From assembly GCA_964349305.1 (NCBI GenBank), contig CAYGFS010000003.1, positions 1 through 52,597 on the forward strand: a stretch of DNA of 52,597 nucleotides, in the 5' to 3' direction. The notes beneath the pieces were generated by a model, which made no database searches, was not told the DNA's origin, and was given only the letters and a program-made list of their open reading frames with translations. This DNA is from an uncultured Pseudomonadales bacterium. Its GTDB lineage: Bacteria > Patescibacteriota > Microgenomatia > UBA1400 > UBA12108. Of the stretch, positions 1-9,154 are shown one piece after another. Positions within the stretch are counted from its first letter, which is position 1; every line of letters starts with the position of its first letter. The translations under genes and the position numbers were made by a program.

Positions 1-95
1 GATAAGGGGGTGGGTGAGGGACTGGGGGAAGCGGCGTGGACTGGTGCAAGAACCGAAAGTGCGATGACGGGGACTAAAAGTAATCTTTTCTGCAT
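1..95 (-). CDS. partial CDS: N-terminus of a secreted protein (continues beyond window start)
   Basis: Too short for the ORF track. ATG at 95..93 (minus) reads MQKRLLLVPVIALSVLAPVHAASPSPSPTPL.., a signal-peptide-like hydrophobic segment followed by a Ser/Pro linker. The frame stays open to the window edge. Confidence 0.3.
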   Translation of the reverse strand, partial: MQKRLLLVPVIALSVLAPVHAASPSPSPTPL

Positions 96-112
96 AGCAA
101 AGTGTGGTTATA

Positions 113-553
113 TCAAATTTCGGCGGTTGTGTATACCGCGCTTAAAGTTTTCTCGAGTTTTTTACCGTCAGCTTGATACACACTGATTTTGATGGTGTTG
201 GCGCCTTTGACCAAAGTGATCTCCTGACTAAAGCTACCCAGATCGTTGGGGACAATCAGATACTCCGCTTTTTCTCCCAGAATGGCAATATAGGTACCGG
301 GGAGTGTTTTGCCGGTCAACGTCATTTTGGCTTCCTGACTTACCGAATTGTCGGGAGTAGTGAGATCGAGGAAAAGCTCCGTGTTTTGGGCGGTCTTATC
401 CGTGTTCTTGGATATGTTAGAGCCGAGCGAGGGTAATTTTATGTTTTGTAGCGCATGGCGGGCCCGCAATACTCCCCCTGTGACAACGAGTGCAAGAATA
501 AGACCTATAACAACGGCTACAGTGGCTTCTTTTTTGACTTTCATCTTGGGCAC
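113..553 (-). CDS. hypothetical membrane-anchored protein
   Basis: 146-aa ORF with a basic N-terminus, one TM helix (VAVVIGLILALVVTGGV) and a beta-rich soluble domain. No family recognised. Confidence 0.55.
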   Translation of the reverse strand: MPKMKVKKEATVAVVIGLILALVVTGGVLRARHALQNIKLPSLGSNISKNTDKTAQNTELFLDLTTPDNSVSQEAKMTLTGKTLPGTYIAILGEKAEYLIVPNDLGSFSQEITLVKGANTIKISVYQADGKKLEKTLSAVYTTAEI

Positions 554-622
554 AGTTTAACCGATCAAGGCCTACACGTAAAGAGTACAAACTGGAGCGC
601 TCGTGTGGTACTATAGTGACCT

Positions 623-1114
623 ATGGATATAAGTTACCTCGGCAAAGAAAGCTATAAAATAAAGGCTAAAGGCGGGTCGGTGAGCGCCAGTCCAGCGGGA
701 CTGACGATCGTACACAAAAGCGGCGGCGAGGATTTTGTCATTACCAATCCTGGAGAGTACGAGGTAGAGGGGATCTCCGTATTTGGATACAAGGCAGAAG
801 AGTCAAATGTTTATGTGGTCCAGTTTGACGATATTAGAGTGCTTTATCTAGGGAACCTAAGTAAACCACTGAGTGAAAAAAATATTACTGAGCTGGAAAA
901 TATTGATGTGGTTATTGTTTCGACAGAAACAATGCCAATCAAAGATATTGTGGAGGTAGTTGCGAAGCTAGAGCCATACTACGTTTTGCCATATGGAGGC
1001 ATGGTCGAGAAGTTTGTGGCAGCGTACGAGCACAGCAGTCGCAGTGTCAAAAACCTCCCACTGAGCAAACTTTCGCTCCCCGACGATCTGACAGAAGTGA
1101 TTGTGTTTGAGTAG
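623..1114 (+). CDS. short MBL-fold-like (Lactamase_B_3-like) protein, canonical metal ligands not evident
   Basis: 163-aa ORF. The layout ..PGEYEVEGISV..VLYLGNLS..IDVVIVSTE.. resembles short UPF0173/MBL-fold proteins, but no HxHxDH motif is present. TACTAT at 609..614 lies just upstream of the ATG. Confidence 0.4.
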   Translation: MDISYLGKESYKIKAKGGSVSASPAGLTIVHKSGGEDFVITNPGEYEVEGISVFGYKAEESNVYVVQFDDIRVLYLGNLSKPLSEKNITELENIDVVIVSTETMPIKDIVEVVAKLEPYYVLPYGGMVEKFVAAYEHSSRSVKNLPLSKLSLPDDLTEVIVFE

Positions 1115-1129
1115 TGTTAAAATGTTGCC

Positions 1130-2440
1130 ATGGCAGTACAGAAAGTTCCTCCCCACAGCGATGAAGCGGAAAAAAGTGTCTTAGGATCGATCCTGATCGA
1201 TAAAGACGCCATCGTCCAGGTCAGCGAATTTTTACAAAGTGATCATTTTTATCAAAACAAGCATGGCGATATCTATCGTGCCATGATCATGCTGTTTGAA
1301 TCAAGAGAGCCAATTGATCTGGTGACACTGCCACAAAAACTCAAGTCGATGAAACTCTTGGACGCCGTGGGGGGAGTGAGCTATATCTCGACACTGGTGG
1401 AAGGGGTACCAAGCTCTGCCAATATCCGCCATTACGGGGAGATCATCCAAGGTTACTATACCAGACGCAAACTGATTGCCGATTCTTCGGCCATGATCGA
1501 GATGTCCTTTGACGAAGGCAGTGAGGTGGCCAATATCCTAGACAGCGCCGAGCAAAAGGTGTTCTCCCTGTCACAGTCCAGCATGAAGCAGGGCTTTACC
1601 CCGATCCGCAATGTGCTATCGGAGAGTTTTGATCGGCTGGATGAGCTATCCAAGAAATCGGGTAGCTTACGGGGAGTGCCCACTGGGTTTAGTGATCTCG
1701 ACAATTGTCTGGCTGGGATGCAAGACTCGAACCTGATCATCTTAGCGGCGCGGCCGGGTATGGGTAAGACGGCTTTTAGTTTGAATATTGCCCAGTTTGC
1801 CAGCGTGGTATCGAAGGTCCCCGTTGGCTATTTCTCACTTGAAATGAGTAAAGAGGAGCTGGTAGACCGTATGCTCGTGTCCCAGGCAGATATTGACGCG
1901 TGGCGGCTAAAGACCGGCAAACTGACTCCGACTGACTTTGAGAAGCTCTCAGAAGCCATGGGGGTGCTGGCCGAGGCGCCGCTCTATATCGACGACACTC
2001 CGGGTATTTCGGTGCTGGAGATGAGGACGAAAGCGCGCAGACTAAAATCTGAGCACAATCTAGGACTATTGTTTGTGGACTATCTCCAGCTAGTAAAAGG
2101 TCGCAACCTAGAGAATCGGGTACAAGAGGTGGCAGAGATCAGCCAGGGACTCAAAAACCTCGCGCGTGAGCTCAAGATCCCGGTCGTGGCCATGTCGCAG
2201 CTATCGCGCAATATTGAGCACCGCGGAGCCGGGAGTGCACCCCAGCTATCTGATCTGCGTGAATCGGGGAGTATTGAGCAAGACGCGGACGTGGTGATGT
2301 TCCTCTACCGCGAGGACGCGGAAGATCTCTCCAGTGTGAAACTAAATATTGCCAAGCACCGCAACGGGGCGCTGAGGACGATTGATCTAAGATTTAAAGG
2401 TGATAGAGTGCGTTTTTATGGGGTGGATAAAAGCAGGTAA
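1130..2440 (+). CDS. dnaB: replicative DNA helicase DnaB
   Basis: 436 aa. N-terminal DnaB domain (PPHSDEAEKSVLGSIL), Walker A ARPGMGKTAF, Walker B LLFVDYLQL, and a RecA-like C-terminus (ESGSIEQDADVV). Confidence 0.95.
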   Translation: MAVQKVPPHSDEAEKSVLGSILIDKDAIVQVSEFLQSDHFYQNKHGDIYRAMIMLFESREPIDLVTLPQKLKSMKLLDAVGGVSYISTLVEGVPSSANIRHYGEIIQGYYTRRKLIADSSAMIEMSFDEGSEVANILDSAEQKVFSLSQSSMKQGFTPIRNVLSESFDRLDELSKKSGSLRGVPTGFSDLDNCLAGMQDSNLIILAARPGMGKTAFSLNIAQFASVVSKVPVGYFSLEMSKEELVDRMLVSQADIDAWRLKTGKLTPTDFEKLSEAMGVLAEAPLYIDDTPGISVLEMRTKARRLKSEHNLGLLFVDYLQLVKGRNLENRVQEVAEISQGLKNLARELKIPVVAMSQLSRNIEHRGAGSAPQLSDLRESGSIEQDADVVMFLYREDAEDLSSVKLNIAKHRNGALRTIDLRFKGDRVRFYGVDKSR

Positions 2441-2517
2441 TCACAAGTCACAAATTCTCCAATTCTCAAATTGAGCTCGATTTTATTCTTGAGGATTTAT
2501 GATTTAAGATTTTTGCT

Positions 2518-2604
2518 TGGTGCCTGGGGAGAGACTCGAACTCTCAAGGTCATTACAACCACGAGTTTTTGAGACTCGCGCGTATACCATTCCGCCACCC
2601 AGGC
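2518..2604 (-). tRNA. tRNA-Leu (anticodon CAA), type II with long variable arm, CCA encoded
   Basis: The reverse complement reads GCCTGGG..CGAGT-CTCAAAA-ACTCG..GAGAGTTCGAGTCTCTC-CCCAGGC-A-CCA. It has a 7-bp acceptor stem, a 5-bp anticodon stem with loop CU-CAA-AA, a long variable arm and a T-loop TTCGAGT. Total length 87 nt. Confidence 0.85.
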
Positions 2605-2758
2605 TTGAGAATATTATATCCTACTTGTGGTCTGAGAGCTTGTCGTCATTCCAAGTCGAAAATCGGACATATTTTGCTGGTGCAAAATTCTCCTAGTTCT
2701 CGGCCTGCCCGGCCTGCGCAATTTTTTCTTTTGGAACGATCGGCAACCTCTCAATACA

Positions 2759-3226
2759 CTATCTAAAGATCCACAATACAATGAGTAAGATAAATTGCGG
2801 CGCGAGGCCATCCCAGATGCGGGGGATGGAGTGGTGGAAACCATGATGAAACCTATTGAGTGGGGCCAGCCACGCGGGCTCGTATTTCCAAAAATTGCGG
2901 GGGGCTTCGAGGAAATCTGGCAGCAGCCCGAAGATGGCACCCCAAATTTGAGGATCTTGTAGATGATAGACAATAGAAGATAGATGATAGGAGGACAGAG
3001 GGAAATATATAATAACCAATATTCCGGCGAGGGCGAGGTCAAAAACTTCGTGTTGGAGGGCAGTCCATGGAGATTTCACCCCTTTAGTTAGTCCTGTGCC
3101 GACGTCCCAGTGAGGGACGGCGTCTTCTAGGTAGTGAGAGAGGAGGATGAGGGGGATGGCGAGAAATGGGTTGCCTATTTTGACGGCAATAAAAGCTCCG
3201 GTGACTGCGTGACTGATTGAAAGCAT
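2759..3226 (-). CDS. multi-pass membrane protein, possibly DUF457/YdjM-like membrane hydrolase
   Basis: The ORF track gives 2759..3259. I prefer the ATG at 3226 (MLSISHAVTG..), because TATACT lies 7 nt upstream and this start avoids overlap with the lgt start. It has several TM segments and His-rich loops (SHYLEDAVPHWD, HHGFHH). Confidence 0.45.
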   Translation of the reverse strand: MLSISHAVTGAFIAVKIGNPFLAIPLILLSHYLEDAVPHWDVGTGLTKGVKSPWTALQHEVFDLALAGILVIIYFPLSSYHLSSIVYHLQDPQIWGAIFGLLPDFLEAPRNFWKYEPAWLAPLNRFHHGFHHSIPRIWDGLAPQFILLIVLWIFR

Positions 3227-3249
3227 AGGGTTTAGTATACAATATCTGT

Positions 3250-4056
3250 ATGCTACCAATCTTAGTCAATTTGGGACCAGTCAAAATTTATTCCATGGGA
3301 GTGTGTCTGGTAATTGGTCTATTTCTCTCGTTGTATTTCTGGTGGAAAATGGGGAGAGATGAACATTTTGACGAAATTGCGTTGTTTGATGGATACTTTT
3401 TATCGCTAATAACATTTCTCTTTGCTGGCCGACTCGGATATGTATTAACACACGCGAGTGATCTGGGGACTTTTTATCGGTCGATTGCTTTACTTGCTTA
3501 CCCCGGGATTAATACCGTGGTGGGGATTGTGGCAGCCATAATATTTATTATTTTGTTCGCCAGGTCGCACGGATGGGATGAGTGGAAGGTAGCGGACTCG
3601 GTAGCCGTGGCATTGTCGATAGTCCTGATATTTGGCAGCTTGGGTGGACTGTTGAACGGTAACAATCCTGGCATGCCCGCGAGCTGGGGACTAATCTACC
3701 CTGGCCAAGAAACGCCGAGAGTACCGCTCGATATCCTGATGATTGCGTGGTCGGTGATTACTTTTGGGGTCGTGTCACGGGTGCGGAAAAATTTTCGCTT
3801 TTACTCGTGGTACAAAGGCGAATCCAGTATGGCACAAGAGGGACTAGCCAGTTTGATTTTTGTCATGCTGGTGGGGATTTATTATCTGGGAGCACCATGG
3901 ATCGACCAAAACGTCTGGAAGGTGGGGGTAATGCCTGGACAATTTCTTGTAGGCTTAATATGTGTGGGGGTGAGCGGACTTTTGATATACAAACGAGTGG
4001 GTAGACGGAACGAGGGCTTATGGAGTAAGCTAAAGAGTGTTATAAGGAGAAAGTAA
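3250..4056 (+). CDS. lgt: prolipoprotein diacylglyceryl transferase-like
   Basis: 268 aa and polytopic. The N-terminal ..GPVKIYSMGVCLVIGLF.. and the AGRLGY motif are typical of Lgt. lspA lies two genes downstream. Confidence 0.75.
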   Translation: MLPILVNLGPVKIYSMGVCLVIGLFLSLYFWWKMGRDEHFDEIALFDGYFLSLITFLFAGRLGYVLTHASDLGTFYRSIALLAYPGINTVVGIVAAIIFIILFARSHGWDEWKVADSVAVALSIVLIFGSLGGLLNGNNPGMPASWGLIYPGQETPRVPLDILMIAWSVITFGVVSRVRKNFRFYSWYKGESSMAQEGLASLIFVMLVGIYYLGAPWIDQNVWKVGVMPGQFLVGLICVGVSGLLIYKRVGRRNEGLWSKLKSVIRRK

Positions 4057-4058
4057 TT

Positions 4059-4415
4059 ATGCAGTATCCAAGAAATGTGTTGCAGTCGGTGTGGGATTAT
4101 TTAAAGAAACTGGAGGGGGACTTGCTTAAACGCAGGAGCTCCCTCGCCAAAGAAGATCCGTTTGCGGATACCAGTAGACTCAATGACAATGCCAGTGACG
4201 ATACTGAAGCCGCTGAGCAGTTTGGTCACGCCCAAGCCGCGACCCTGTCGGCAGAAACCAGCGACGCACTCAAACGAGTACAGCAAGCAATGAAGCGGGT
4301 GGATGATGGGAGCTATGGTAAATGTACCAATTGTGGGAACATGATAGACACCGACCGGCTCGGAATAGATCCGACGGCGGCGCTGTGTATGAACTGTGCC
4401 AAAAAGAAGAAATGA
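4059..4415 (+). CDS. DksA/TraR-family C4 zinc-finger protein
   Basis: 118 aa with C-terminal CTNCGNMIDTDRLGIDPTAALCMNC (CxxC-x17-CxxC). AAGGAG at 4044..4049 serves as the SD. Confidence 0.8.
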   Translation: MQYPRNVLQSVWDYLKKLEGDLLKRRSSLAKEDPFADTSRLNDNASDDTEAAEQFGHAQAATLSAETSDALKRVQQAMKRVDDGSYGKCTNCGNMIDTDRLGIDPTAALCMNCAKKKK

Positions 4416-4768
4416 ACATTTGGCTTTTGCTGTGCTTGGATTTGTTGTTAAAATATTTCGCGGTGCGCGGGGATTATGCGGTAATTAATCAGGGATTTTC
4501 TTTTGGGGTGTTAATGGGATCGGAATGGGTGTTTTGGATTATATTATCCGTATTATTTGTTTGGCTGTATCGACATAAAATGTGGATGATTTTGGCTGGG
4601 GGAGCAGCCAACGTGGTATCTCGGATTGTGTGGGGCGGGGTGGTGGATTACTGGAATTTCTTTGGTATTTTTCATAATAATTTGGCGGACTGGATGATTG
4701 TGGGCGGGATGGTGATGTACGTCTCGCAACGAAAAAATTATCCGTCGGTGTCGGACGAAAATTTGTGA
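4412..4768 (+). CDS. lspA: lipoprotein signal peptidase II
   Basis: The ORF track gives 4322..4768. I use the ATG at 4412 (MNIWLLLCLD..), which forms an ATGA overlap with the preceding stop. It has four TM segments plus the NQGFSFGV and VVDYWNF..NNLADW motifs typical of LspA. Confidence 0.75.
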   Translation: MNIWLLLCLDLLLKYFAVRGDYAVINQGFSFGVLMGSEWVFWIILSVLFVWLYRHKMWMILAGGAANVVSRIVWGGVVDYWNFFGIFHNNLADWMIVGGMVMYVSQRKNYPSVSDENL

Positions 4769-4925
4769 GAACTGCCACTCTCGCTAACCATAATTTTGGT
4801 TTGCGGACTGATATTTCTTTCACGCCTCAGCGTAGTCCTTTGCTTCGCAAAATTACGCTTCAGCTTGAAGTGTCATATCGTATGCTCACAAAATTAGATT
4901 TTCGAGAGTGCTATATAATGACGTT

Positions 4926-5687
4926 ATGGATATTCCCATCATCTTTGAAGACAGTGAAATAGTAGTGATTGATAAGCCCAGCGGGGTGGTGTGCAACAGG
5001 GCCGAGACGGTGGAGGTAGAGACGCTGCAAGATTGGTGGGATGGGAGATACAAAATCTCAAATCATAAATTCTCCAATGCTCAAATTGAGGATGAGAAGT
5101 ACTTTATAGAGCGCAGTGGTCTCGTACACAGACTGGATAGAGAGACCAGTGGGGTGATGGTGATGGCCAAGACAGTCACAGCGTTTGTCAGTTTGCTGCG
5201 CCAGTTCAAGGAGCGAGGGGTGCACAAGCAGTATATGGCACTAACTCACGGGTACTGGGACAGCCGGGAGGGCGATATCAATCTGCCAATTGGGAGGCGG
5301 AGAGATGATCGAAAAAAGTTTGGCGTGCGGGAGGATGGGCGCGAGAGCGTGACCCACTACGAAGTAATCAAAGAATATACTAGCTGGGAGTTCCCCAAGG
5401 AACTCAAAGTGGATGATAGGGGATATGTCGGATTTACTCTGGTCAAATTTTTGCCGAAAACCGGACGGACCCACCAGATTCGAGTGCACGCCAAACAGAT
5501 GGGTCACCCGATTGTTGGGGACTTTGATTATGCGGGGCGCAAGCGCAATAGGGAGGATCGTAAGTGGTGTAACCGGGTCATGCTGCAGGCTCAAAGAATC
5601 GAGTTTGAGCACCCCCGTAACGGAAAAAGAATTCATTTTGAATCGAAGGGTGAAGAGTTGAATGAAGTATTGAAGTATTTTAAATAA
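4926..5687 (+). CDS. RluA-family pseudouridine synthase
   Basis: Catalytic motif HRLDRETSGVMV, plus IIFEDSEIVVIDKPSG and HQIRVH. The ATG at 4926 is preferred over the GTG at 4908 because TATAAT at 4914..4919 lies 6 nt upstream. Confidence 0.9.
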   Translation: MDIPIIFEDSEIVVIDKPSGVVCNRAETVEVETLQDWWDGRYKISNHKFSNAQIEDEKYFIERSGLVHRLDRETSGVMVMAKTVTAFVSLLRQFKERGVHKQYMALTHGYWDSREGDINLPIGRRRDDRKKFGVREDGRESVTHYEVIKEYTSWEFPKELKVDDRGYVGFTLVKFLPKTGRTHQIRVHAKQMGHPIVGDFDYAGRKRNREDRKWCNRVMLQAQRIEFEHPRNGKRIHFESKGEELNEVLKYFK

Positions 5688-6822
5688 TGAGCATCGCGTC
5701 GCCAAAAGAGAAGAAGCGATAGTTTTCTTGGATTGCGATCGCGTAAGCTTTACCCAAAAGTGAATCGGCAAAATTGGTAAATGTTTCGGGTGAGTTGGGG
5801 TAGGTACAGAATGCTGAGACGAGCATGAGGAGGGTGGAGCCGGGGAGGTGAAAATTGGTCAGGAGCGCGTCAACTTGCTGAAACTGATAGGGAGGATAGA
5901 TAAATATGGAAGTGGAGTGGGAGCCGGGCTGCAGAAGTTCCGAACACTCGCCTATAGTCGTGCAAGGTTCGGAACTTTGTAAAGCGGCAGATTCCAAGGC
6001 GCGCATGGTGGTGGTGCCGATCGAGAGTAATTTTTGACCTGATTGCTTGAGGGTGCGAATATGAGCAGCAGTAGTATTGGAGATGGTGTAGGATTCGGCG
6101 TGCATGTGGTGATCCTCGATATTATTATCTTTGACGGGGAGAAAAGTACCCAGTCCGACGTTCAAGGTGAGCTCGTTCCAGCTATGATCTTGTTTGATCT
6201 GTTTGAGTAGTTCTGGCGTGAAGTGGAGACCGGCTGTGGGAGCGGCAGCAGAAAAGCCATATTTGGCGTAGATGGTCTGGTAATCGGCAGAGTTGCCCAG
6301 GAGCTTTTTGATGTAGGGAGGAGTGGGCATGGTTCCGAGCTGAGACAGGGTTGTGCGCAGCGCTGACTCTTCTTGGTTGAAGTGGATGGTACGTTCGATG
6401 TCTGAAACTGCGATGATTTTTCCTATGAGGACTGTCCTTTCGTCTGCCGACGAGCCCTTCTCGGCTTGCAGCCGGGAATTCCTTTTAAGGACAGTCCTCT
6501 CAAAAAAGATGACATCGCCGACCTTGAGTCCGGGACGAGCAATGCAGCGATAGCGAGAGTGGCCAAGGGGAACGGTCAGTAAGATCTCGACTTTGCCGCC
6601 GCTAGGCTTATGACCCAAGAGCCGAGCAGGAAAAACTTTGGTGTTGTTGGCGACCACAAAATAATCACGAGGTAGGAGAGCGGGCAGATCGTAGATATGA
6701 TGATGGGTAATACTCCCAGTCTGGCGATTGATCAGCATGAGCCGAGCTGAGTCGCGGGGTACGGCGGCTTCTTGGGCGATGGCGTCCCCTGGCAAGCGGT
6801 AACTGAATTGTGAAAGAAGCAT
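5680..6822 (-). CDS. queA: S-adenosylmethionine:tRNA ribosyltransferase-isomerase
   Basis: 380 aa. Shows YxLP..IAQ, GTTTMRALESAA and TNFHLPGSTLLMLVSAF, all characteristic of QueA. Confidence 0.95.
   Translation of the reverse strand: MLLSQFSYRLPGDAIAQEAAVPRDSARLMLINRQTGSITHHHIYDLPALLPRDYFVVANNTKVFPARLLGHKPSGGKVEILLTVPLGHSRYRCIARPGLKVGDVIFFERTVLKRNSRLQAEKGSSADERTVLIGKIIAVSDIERTIHFNQEESALRTTLSQLGTMPTPPYIKKLLGNSADYQTIYAKYGFSAAAPTAGLHFTPELLKQIKQDHSWNELTLNVGLGTFLPVKDNNIEDHHMHAESYTISNTTAAHIRTLKQSGQKLLSIGTTTMRALESAALQSSEPCTTIGECSELLQPGSHSTSIFIYPPYQFQQVDALLTNFHLPGSTLLMLVSAFCTYPNSPETFTNFADSLLGKAYAIAIQENYRFFSFGDAMLII
5929..5982. repeat. inverted pair of the same REP-like element inside queA
   Basis: The right copy at 5961..5982 (TGCAAGGTTCGGAACTTTGTAA) has a 20-nt core identical to the RAYT-locus copies. 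The left copy at 5929..5950 (CTGCAGAAGTTCCGAACACTCG) is inverted and diverged. Confidence 0.85.
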
Positions 6823-6859
6823 GGTGCGTATTATACCTTGAGCGTGGTAGCATAGAGAA

Positions 6860-7762
6860 ATGAGAAAGCAGTATAGATGGGTTTATGCCCTGCTCGTAGG
6901 TTTGCTGGCTTCAATTGGAGTCGGGATGGGGGTACAAGAGTGGAAAACTAATCAAGTAGTGGGACATGAGCAATACCGATTTAATCTGGCTCTGATTACG
7001 ACGTCGGGGGGGATAACATTCGTGTCGTTTGATCCTTCGGAAAAGTCGGTTCTGTCGCTGACGTTCCCGAACGATTTAGCGATCAAATCGAGGACCAGCG
7101 GAGAATACTCGATTGCATCACTCTACAAATTGGGATCATACAAAGGCGAGGGGGGAAAGTTTGCCAGACAAAAAATCCAAGGTTTTATGCGCGTGCCTGT
7201 ACCTGGCTACGTCGTAGTAGATAAAGCAGGCGACAAAGTGGAGCGTAACTTGAGCAGCGGTCTGCTGAAGGTCATTTTTAGTCGGAGTGAGACGAGCCTG
7301 TCTAGATATGATGCTCTCTTGTTGTGGTATCGCCTGCGGCGATATAGCAGGAGGAGTGTACAAGAAGAGGAGCTAGTCAGGGCAGGGGTCATCGCCGACA
7401 ACACCTATCATCCGGAGCGTCTGCAAGAGTATGTTGGGTCGAGACTGTTTGACTGGGGGATAGGGGAGTCGCGAGTGACGGTCGCGATTGTCAATGCGAG
7501 CGGGGAGAATGGACTGGGGAGTGATATGGCGGATTTTTTGTCTAATCTAGGGATGGATGTCGTGATGGTGAGATCGTTAAACACAGGCAGTGAACTAGAT
7601 AAAAGTGAATGGCAGGTGGAGAGTGAAAGTGATGCTGACGAACTAGGATATGTTTTTCAGAACTTATTTAGTTATGACGGTGCTCAAGTGGAGCCGATTT
7701 CCGGTGAATTCCGAGCGAAAGTGCTGATCAGGGTAGGGAAAGACGCCAAGGAGTTGTTTTGA
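6860..7762 (+). CDS. LCP (LytR-CpsA-Psr)-like envelope protein with LytR_C domain
   Basis: 300 aa with an N-terminal TM segment. The C-terminal VTVAIVNASGENGLGSDMADFLSNLGMDVV is typical of the LytR_C domain. Confidence 0.55.
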   Translation: MRKQYRWVYALLVGLLASIGVGMGVQEWKTNQVVGHEQYRFNLALITTSGGITFVSFDPSEKSVLSLTFPNDLAIKSRTSGEYSIASLYKLGSYKGEGGKFARQKIQGFMRVPVPGYVVVDKAGDKVERNLSSGLLKVIFSRSETSLSRYDALLLWYRLRRYSRRSVQEEELVRAGVIADNTYHPERLQEYVGSRLFDWGIGESRVTVAIVNASGENGLGSDMADFLSNLGMDVVMVRSLNTGSELDKSEWQVESESDADELGYVFQNLFSYDGAQVEPISGEFRAKVLIRVGKDAKELF

Positions 7763-8392
7763 TTATTTAGTGCGCGATTTCTTCAAGACGCCGTTGCCGC
7801 GAGAAAAAGTGGGTCCGGCTGAGGGTTTTTTGGGACGTTTTACTTCACGGATAAAAATGGTGGCGGTATTGTCGCTGGCACCTTTGAGACAGGCAGAATA
7901 GATATATCCATCACCCATGAGTTCTTTGATTTTGAGCGAGAGGTCGTCGGGTAAACAGCCAATGCAGGCCTTGTCCTTTGTGATGACGGCAACCAAGTGA
8001 GTACGAGGTACTAGATCTAAAATTTGTTTGCAAGAGAGTGAAAGGAGAATGTCTCGGCTAGCTACTTTAATCAGCGTCGTGCTTTTAGTAATACCCGGGA
8101 GTTCGATAAAATCTTCTTCGGCGAGCTCGACGCTGGCGAGATTATTTTTTTGATGGGGGAGGAGCTTTAAATTTTTCGTGGCAATCACGTCGTACTTGTC
8201 GATTTTGAGGACTTGGCTGTAGGCGTCTCCGGCCGCTTCTTTTTGGCCTAGCTCGGTGTAGGCACGGCCTAAACGGTTGAGGGCGGCAATGTTTTGGGGG
8301 GATTCACTGAGGATTTCGAGGTTAATTTCGACGGCGTTTTCCCAATCTCCACTTAGGGCAGCTTTTATCGCTTTGTCGTGTAGGGCGTGCAT
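7763..8392 (-). CDS. TPR-repeat protein
   Basis: 209 aa. N-terminal TPR-like helices (ALNRLGRAYTELGQKEAAGDAYSQVLKID) and a basic C-terminus. Confidence 0.5.
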   Translation of the reverse strand: MHALHDKAIKAALSGDWENAVEINLEILSESPQNIAALNRLGRAYTELGQKEAAGDAYSQVLKIDKYDVIATKNLKLLPHQKNNLASVELAEEDFIELPGITKSTTLIKVASRDILLSLSCKQILDLVPRTHLVAVITKDKACIGCLPDDLSLKIKELMGDGYIYSACLKGASDNTATIFIREVKRPKKPSAGPTFSRGNGVLKKSRTK

Positions 8393-8449
8393 ATGATCGC
8401 CTCATTATCGGGATTATAGGAAGGTTTGTCAAGGTGTTAGAATATAGGC

Positions 8450-9154
8450 ATGTCAGGGCATAGTAAATGGAGTACGATCAAACACAAAAAAGCCGCCAAT
8501 GATGCTGTCAAAGGTAGTGTGTTTACCAAGATGGCCAAGGGAATCACGATTGCTGTAAAGAAGGGTGGCGGAGTAGGGGATCCTGATATGAACTTTTCGC
8601 TGCGTCTAGCGGTGGACAAAGCTCGCAGCGTGAATATGCCCAAGGAAAATATTGACCGAGCAATCGCCAAGGGGATGGGTAAAGGCGGGGTAGAGCTGGC
8701 CGAATTGACGATCGAGGCCTTTGCGCCCGACGGTGTTTTAGTGATTCTTGAAGTAGTCTCCGATAGTCGCAACCGAGCAGTGTCCGAGATCAGGACATTG
8801 ATCGAAAAGCATGGTGGTCGGATGGGAGAACCAGGGAGTGTTATGCACTCTTTTGAAAAATGCGGGATTGTTCATACTCAGCACAAAGTCGACGAGGGTC
8901 TCCAGTTGGAGTTAATAGATTTGGGGATGAGTGACATGGTAGAAGAAGAGGGTCAGACGACTATTTATACAGCGCCAGAAAGTATGCACGGCGTCACTAA
9001 ATATTTGCACAGCAGGGGAGTCACGGCTGGGGGGATGATAGGCTACCGACCTAAAAATACAGTGGAATTACCTGATTCTACGCGGGCTGAGGCATTCCTC
9101 GAAGCAATCGCAGAATACGAAGATGTACAGGAGGTGTATGCCAATTTGGGATAG
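8450..9154 (+). CDS. yebC: YebC/PmpR-family transcriptional regulator
   Basis: Shows the signature N-terminus MSGHSKWSTIKHKKA, and the 234-aa length is typical of the family. Confidence 0.9.
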   Translation: MSGHSKWSTIKHKKAANDAVKGSVFTKMAKGITIAVKKGGGVGDPDMNFSLRLAVDKARSVNMPKENIDRAIAKGMGKGGVELAELTIEAFAPDGVLVILEVVSDSRNRAVSEIRTLIEKHGGRMGEPGSVMHSFEKCGIVHTQHKVDEGLQLELIDLGMSDMVEEEGQTTIYTAPESMHGVTKYLHSRGVTAGGMIGYRPKNTVELPDSTRAEAFLEAIAEYEDVQEVYANLG

